A DNA stretch of 32,000 nt from Candidatus Hermodarchaeota archaeon. Its GTDB lineage: Archaea; Asgardarchaeota; Heimdallarchaeia; Hodarchaeales; Hodarchaeaceae. Below, one piece after another: positions 27,927 through 32,000 of this stretch (position 1 is its first letter; each line of letters opens with the position of its first letter). The position numbers and the translations under genes are program-made. The stretch spans positions 60,001 to 92,000 of the forward strand of contig JBHLKY010000003.1 in assembly GCA_048886185.1 (NCBI GenBank). Reading direction: 5' to 3'. The notes beneath the pieces were generated by a model. The model was not told the DNA's origin and did no database searches. It saw nothing but the letters and a program-made list of their open reading frames with translations.

Positions 27927-28871
27927 TTGGACCTAGCTAGCATTGAACGTTTAACAGAATCAGCTATTGAACATGAGAATCTTCCTGCTTTAATGTCCTT
28001 GGCTAAAATTAACAAATATGCGGTATCCAACACCTTAAGAACGGATAGAATCGTCTCTTTGGGTCGCGTAGCAGGATCTGGAGGTATTTACACTCCACGC
28101 CTCTACTTTGTTATGAGAGGGGTTCTTGATATCAAACGAAGAAAAATTTTGAAAAGATTAACACGTACATCGATCTTAAAATTGTCTTTACGAATTGCAT
28201 CGGAAGGTTTGAGAGGAGATTTACCTATCCGAGGGGAATATCAACCAGAAAGTGATTTCGATCTTGATGCAACAATGGATCAGTTACTTGAAAAATATCC
28301 AACTGGCATTCCTACTTTGAGAAGAAGTGATATTGTGGGTATTGAACGTCGAGAGAGGAAAAAAAATGGAGTGCTTATCTTGGATGCCAGTGGTTCCATG
28401 ATGGGGGAACGAAATATTAACGCAGCTTTATCTGCTGCAGTAATGGCTTATTCAATGCGCCATGATAAATTTGGAGTAGTTGCTTTCAATACCAAAGCAT
28501 TTTTGATCAAAGGAATCAAAGATGACCTTGCAATACAAGATATCATGGATAAAATACTAGATTTAGAAGCAGTAGGATATACAAATATTGAAGATGCCTT
28601 GAGAGTAGGGGCGTTACAATTACAAGGACTAAAAACTCGATTCAAATGGGCAATTTTATTAACTGATGGTGCCTATAACAAGGGAGATGATCCACGCTAC
28701 TTGTGTAAACAGTTTGAAAAGCTTCATGTGCTAAATTTACCAGGAGGGAAGAAATGGGGTGAGCGTGTCTGTAAAGATTTAGCCCGCTTAGGCGGCGGAC
28801 GATATGTTGTCGTTAGAGACTATTCTGAAGTTCCGCGCGCACTGATGAAGATTCTCAGATCTCCTTGGTGA
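27927..28871 (+). CDS. VWA (MIDAS) domain protein, CoxE-like; probably translated from 27801 as a -1 frameshift extension of MoxR
   Basis: ILDASGSM, GYTNI, LLTDG intact MIDAS; reading frame open from 27768 with no ATG/GTG/TTG before 27927. Confidence 0.88.
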   Translation: MDLASIERLTESAIEHENLPALMSLAKINKYAVSNTLRTDRIVSLGRVAGSGGIYTPRLYFVMRGVLDIKRRKILKRLTRTSILKLSLRIASEGLRGDLPIRGEYQPESDFDLDATMDQLLEKYPTGIPTLRRSDIVGIERRERKKNGVLILDASGSMMGERNINAALSAAVMAYSMRHDKFGVVAFNTKAFLIKGIKDDLAIQDIMDKILDLEAVGYTNIEDALRVGALQLQGLKTRFKWAILLTDGAYNKGDDPRYLCKQFEKLHVLNLPGGKKWGERVCKDLARLGGGRYVVVRDYSEVPRALMKILRSPW

Positions 28872-29595
28872 GAACTTTTTTCAGCCGATCAGGAAAATTG
28901 GTCAGTATTCCATCCACTCCTAATTTAATGACTTCTTTTATATCAGCTATTTCATCAGCATAAAAATAGAAGATTTTGATGTCTTTCTCCTTACATTTCT
29001 TTAAAAAGGAGGATTTAAGTGCAGACCAACGGATTTGAGCTGTTTTCAGCTCTAATTTTAGTAAAAGGTCAAAATATTCTTCAGGATTGCGTTCTTTTTG
29101 TAATAGGGCACAATTAATGTCTGGCGCTATTTCTTGTAATTTAACTATATTTTCAATATGTCTCGCTGTTATCACCGTTCTATCTTCTATGTTAAATTTC
29201 TTGATAGTATTAATGATCTCTTTCTCAAACCAGTTAGAGAGGGGATTATAATATTTCAGCTCTATATTATATGACACTTTTGTGGATGAAGTGTTTTTTA
29301 ATACCTCAGAGACAGTTGGAATCCTTTCACCTTTAAATTTCTGATCGAACCAGCTTCCTGCATCCAGTGATTTCAAATAGTCAAGAGTTAAGTCTGGTAT
29401 TTTTCCTTTACCATTAGTAGTTCTTTCAATTCCATCACGATCATGATACACCATTAGCTGTGAATCTTTAGAAGGTTGGACATCAAATTCAATCATATCA
29501 GCATAAATTACTCCTCGCTCAAAGCATGCAAGAGTATTTTCTGGAGCTAATCCTGCTCCTCCACGATGGGCTATATTGAGGATCATTTGTGTCAC
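28855..29595 (-). CDS. Glycerophosphodiester phosphodiesterase (GDPD)
   Basis: IAHRGGAG..PENT, IEFDV, HD, ERIPT, NIELK, GILTNFPD; convergent 17-nt overlap with the VWA gene. Confidence 0.93.
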   Translation of the reverse strand: MTQMILNIAHRGGAGLAPENTLACFERGVIYADMIEFDVQPSKDSQLMVYHDRDGIERTTNGKGKIPDLTLDYLKSLDAGSWFDQKFKGERIPTVSEVLKNTSSTKVSYNIELKYYNPLSNWFEKEIINTIKKFNIEDRTVITARHIENIVKLQEIAPDINCALLQKERNPEEYFDLLLKLELKTAQIRWSALKSSFLKKCKEKDIKIFYFYADEIADIKEVIKLGVDGILTNFPDRLKKVLTKEI

Positions 29596-29717
29596 TCACT
29601 TTCTTTAAAAATCCTTGTCGTTTTTATTATGTAAGTTTATAGGTAAGTATTTGGTTATATGGTAAGAAATAGTTTTCATCTAATAATAACCTGGTAAGAA
29701 TCATCATGTTATGTTAT

Positions 29718-30825
29718 CCTCCCACACCTACCTTTCCTTCCATTGGAAACACTTAATTAATAATAATTTAATGTCTTACCATATGATTTTATATATCTCA
29801 ATAACATGATTCTATTTCGATGGAAATTCTCAGAATATTAGCTATTAAGGCCACTATTGATTTTTTATAATTAACAAACTAGTTCTAATCATTATTCAAT
29901 AAAAAATGACTTTTTTGTCGTATATAATTTTTCTTTAAAACCTTCAGTTTTCGCGGTTATCTAGTTCCTGATGTTCCATTGGAAATCAACGGGTACGGGG
30001 TTCCGACTTTAATATGAAATCTGATAATACCTCTTTTGAGAGTAGAATTTAAGGTTAAAAATAATTATTTATAAAAGATAAAAGAGATTTCCAATACTCT
30101 AGGACTAAGATAATCGATAAAAGACTTGTGGCCTTCCTTTTGTTTTCCTAGGAGGTGAAAATTTTACTACAATCTTTTTTAGCATCAATCTGTTTAAAGC
30201 ATCATAGATAGTTGTTCTTGGAATCCCTGTTTTTTTACAAAGATCCATACGTGTTGAAGGTTGGATTTCTGAGAGTGCTCCTAGTACTATTCGATCTGTC
30301 TCATTCGTTAATTCCATATCTGAGATGATTGAATGTTTTTGAGTAAGATTCTCGGTCTCTTTTTTTGACGAAAACGATTTCTGAAGATATTGGTTCATAT
30401 CTTATCACAGTGATGTTATATCCTTTTACATATCTCTATAAGCGGCCATATTTAAGATTTTCAGTATTACATTAATATTAAAGACAACAGAAACACCATG
30501 AAATAGCTTTTAAAAAAAATATTCTCATAAAAAACTAATTTCAGTAAAAGAGACTATTATTTCACACATTAAAAGTGTAAGTAGTAACCATGATCAGTCA
30601 ACACTTTCATTAAAAGCAAAAACGCTAATGATAGTTTCACCGGAAATGAAGGTCAAACTAGCTGTCAACTAGGTTTCTCTATAAAAAAAGATAATTTTCC
30701 TAAAGTTTCCTTCTTTAATAGACTTAAATTTAACTAATAGCTCATCCAAGGGAAATTTTAAAGATATTTATGAAATAAGATATAGTTCACATTGATAGAT
30801 GCCACCCCCTCATTTCCATTGGAAC
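29718..30825. other. Candidate replication origin: cluster of ORB-like boxes in AT-rich DNA
   Basis: Exact TTCCATTGGAA at 29738, 29974 and 30814, each with a G-rich tail on one side; degenerate copies at 29815, 30634 and 30745. Confidence 0.65.
30105..30398 (-). CDS. TrmB-like winged-helix DNA-binding protein
   Basis: STRMDLCKKTGIPRTTIYDALNRL...GRPQVFY HTH/wing pattern. Confidence 0.8.
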   Translation of the reverse strand: MNQYLQKSFSSKKETENLTQKHSIISDMELTNETDRIVLGALSEIQPSTRMDLCKKTGIPRTTIYDALNRLMLKKIVVKFSPPRKTKGRPQVFYRLS

Positions 30826-31172
30826 TTTTTTATGAGAAGGAATGAAAATATATGATGATTTTTCACATTGAGAAAATATTAATCTATTAAATAATTGAGT
30901 AAAAGATTTCTAAATAGCAAAAAAAAGTGACCGATGGTAATATATCACAATTGTAGCCAATAACTTATCGCATAACGACAAATTAAGAGATTCTTCTTGT
31001 TCACAACATATAAAAAATTATTAATTCACATGAGAAAAAGCATTAACATGATAAAAGATATCTAGGAAAAGTCAATGTCGATAGGTAAAGATGTTATTGA
31101 GATATAGATTAAACTTTATTAGAGTGAAAGTAGAAATCTAACTTGTGAAAGAATTAAGTTGAAAGATGTTCC

Positions 31173-31694
31173 TTGAAGGGTATATCCATCGGGAAAATCG
31201 AATTTAAGGTTATTATTATGCGTGAAACGGGTCCGAAAGTAACTGCAAACAATGATAAAATCACAATATCCTTTGATAGGAAAATTAGGTTAGGTCCTTT
31301 ACATACACTTATTGAGGGATATTTACAATTGACTAGAGATCAACAAAAGCAGATCGACTATTTAATGGAATCTCTTTTGATGGAAAATGACATTCAGGAA
31401 GAATATTCAGAGTCTCATGGTGATAGATTTGCAGTTCTTACTGATCTAAAAACGAAGAAAGAAAGAATTCTCAATATTGTTGGAAATAGAGCAAATCCGA
31501 ACTATTTAACTGCTCGAGAAATCCAGGAATTATACCAGCATTACATGAAAGAGGAAATAGGGATCTCAACTATTCAGACAAATTTGAATCGATTAGTAGA
31601 GCTTGGATTAGTTGAGCGGCAGGAAGGAGTTAATCCCATTGAATATCGGATTAATCCTAACAGAGCTCATGAGATCCCAAAAGTGTTAATGTAA
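31173..31694 (+). CDS. Hypothetical protein with C-terminal winged-helix domain
   Basis: LTAREIQELY...IGISTIQTNLNRLVELGLVER...YRIN; likelier start ATG 31218. Confidence 0.7.
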   Translation: MKGISIGKIEFKVIIMRETGPKVTANNDKITISFDRKIRLGPLHTLIEGYLQLTRDQQKQIDYLMESLLMENDIQEEYSESHGDRFAVLTDLKTKKERILNIVGNRANPNYLTAREIQELYQHYMKEEIGISTIQTNLNRLVELGLVERQEGVNPIEYRINPNRAHEIPKVLM

Positions 31695-31894
31695 CGGGCG
31701 TACTCCACTAAATCTTTTAAGATTTTCTGAAATACATAGTTTTTTGGCGAGAAATTGGCTTTTTGTTTCTTTATTTTATTTTTACTTCATTATTAGGTTC
31801 TTAACCAATTTTTCAAAACATAATGTCTAGATATTTTCGAATCTTAAATTTTTATGAGATGAGTAATAATACAGAAACCCATGCGGTGGATTAT

Positions 31895-32000
31895 ATGTCC
31901 AAAAACCAAGTTATTAAAATATCTGAAAAAAGAGGTCAATCTTCTTCTGAATTGAAATCTACAGCAAGAACAGAAAAACCAGCAATTGTTCATGAATTGG
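31895..32000 (+). CDS. Partial ORF running off the window (unknown)
   Basis: ATG 31895 preceded by GGTGGA, open to the window end (MSKNQVIKISEKRG...); in-frame ATG also at 31859. Confidence 0.35.
   Translation, partial: MSKNQVIKISEKRGQSSSELKSTARTEKPAIVHEL

Noticed and set aside
1-32000. CRISPR array, rRNA, SRP RNA, transposase or integrase
   Set aside because: No regularly spaced repeats, rRNA-like tracts or recombinase motifs were seen

Overview
Archaeal chromosomal window. An Asgard (Heimdallarchaeia-like) origin is an inference from gene content and style, not proven. About 1-23 kb is housekeeping: srp54 (partial), trmY, pus10, rpl21e, rpo4, HD and DHH hydrolases, a SWIM protein, a CdvA-like coiled coil, a lone atpA followed by psd-pssA, a tandem Lrp regulator, ahcY, truA, a Nog1 GTPase, nadM, a YqgF-like protein, a RadB-like protein, mutL-mutS and an Asp-box surface protein. 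There are three tRNA genes absent from the ORF track. tRNA-Pro(CGG) and tRNA-Ser(CGA) each carry two BHB-type introns (37/38 and T-loop 59/60); tRNA-Leu(CAG) has none. Between tRNA-Leu and tRNA-Ser is an AT-rich insert encoding a putative PD-(Q)xK nuclease, and pseudogene debris follows tRNA-Ser. Two signals stand out. (i) A textbook -1 programmed frameshift cassette (SD-like AGGGG, U-UUU-UUA, 6-nt spacer, 9-bp hairpin) joins a MoxR AAA+ ORF to a VWA ORF, predicting both a 289-aa ATPase and a 645-aa AAA-VWA fusion. (ii) A cluster of ORB-like boxes with G-strings lies in AT-rich DNA at 29.7-30.8 kb. It is a candidate replication origin with no orc1/cdc6 gene in the window, only two small winged-helix genes.
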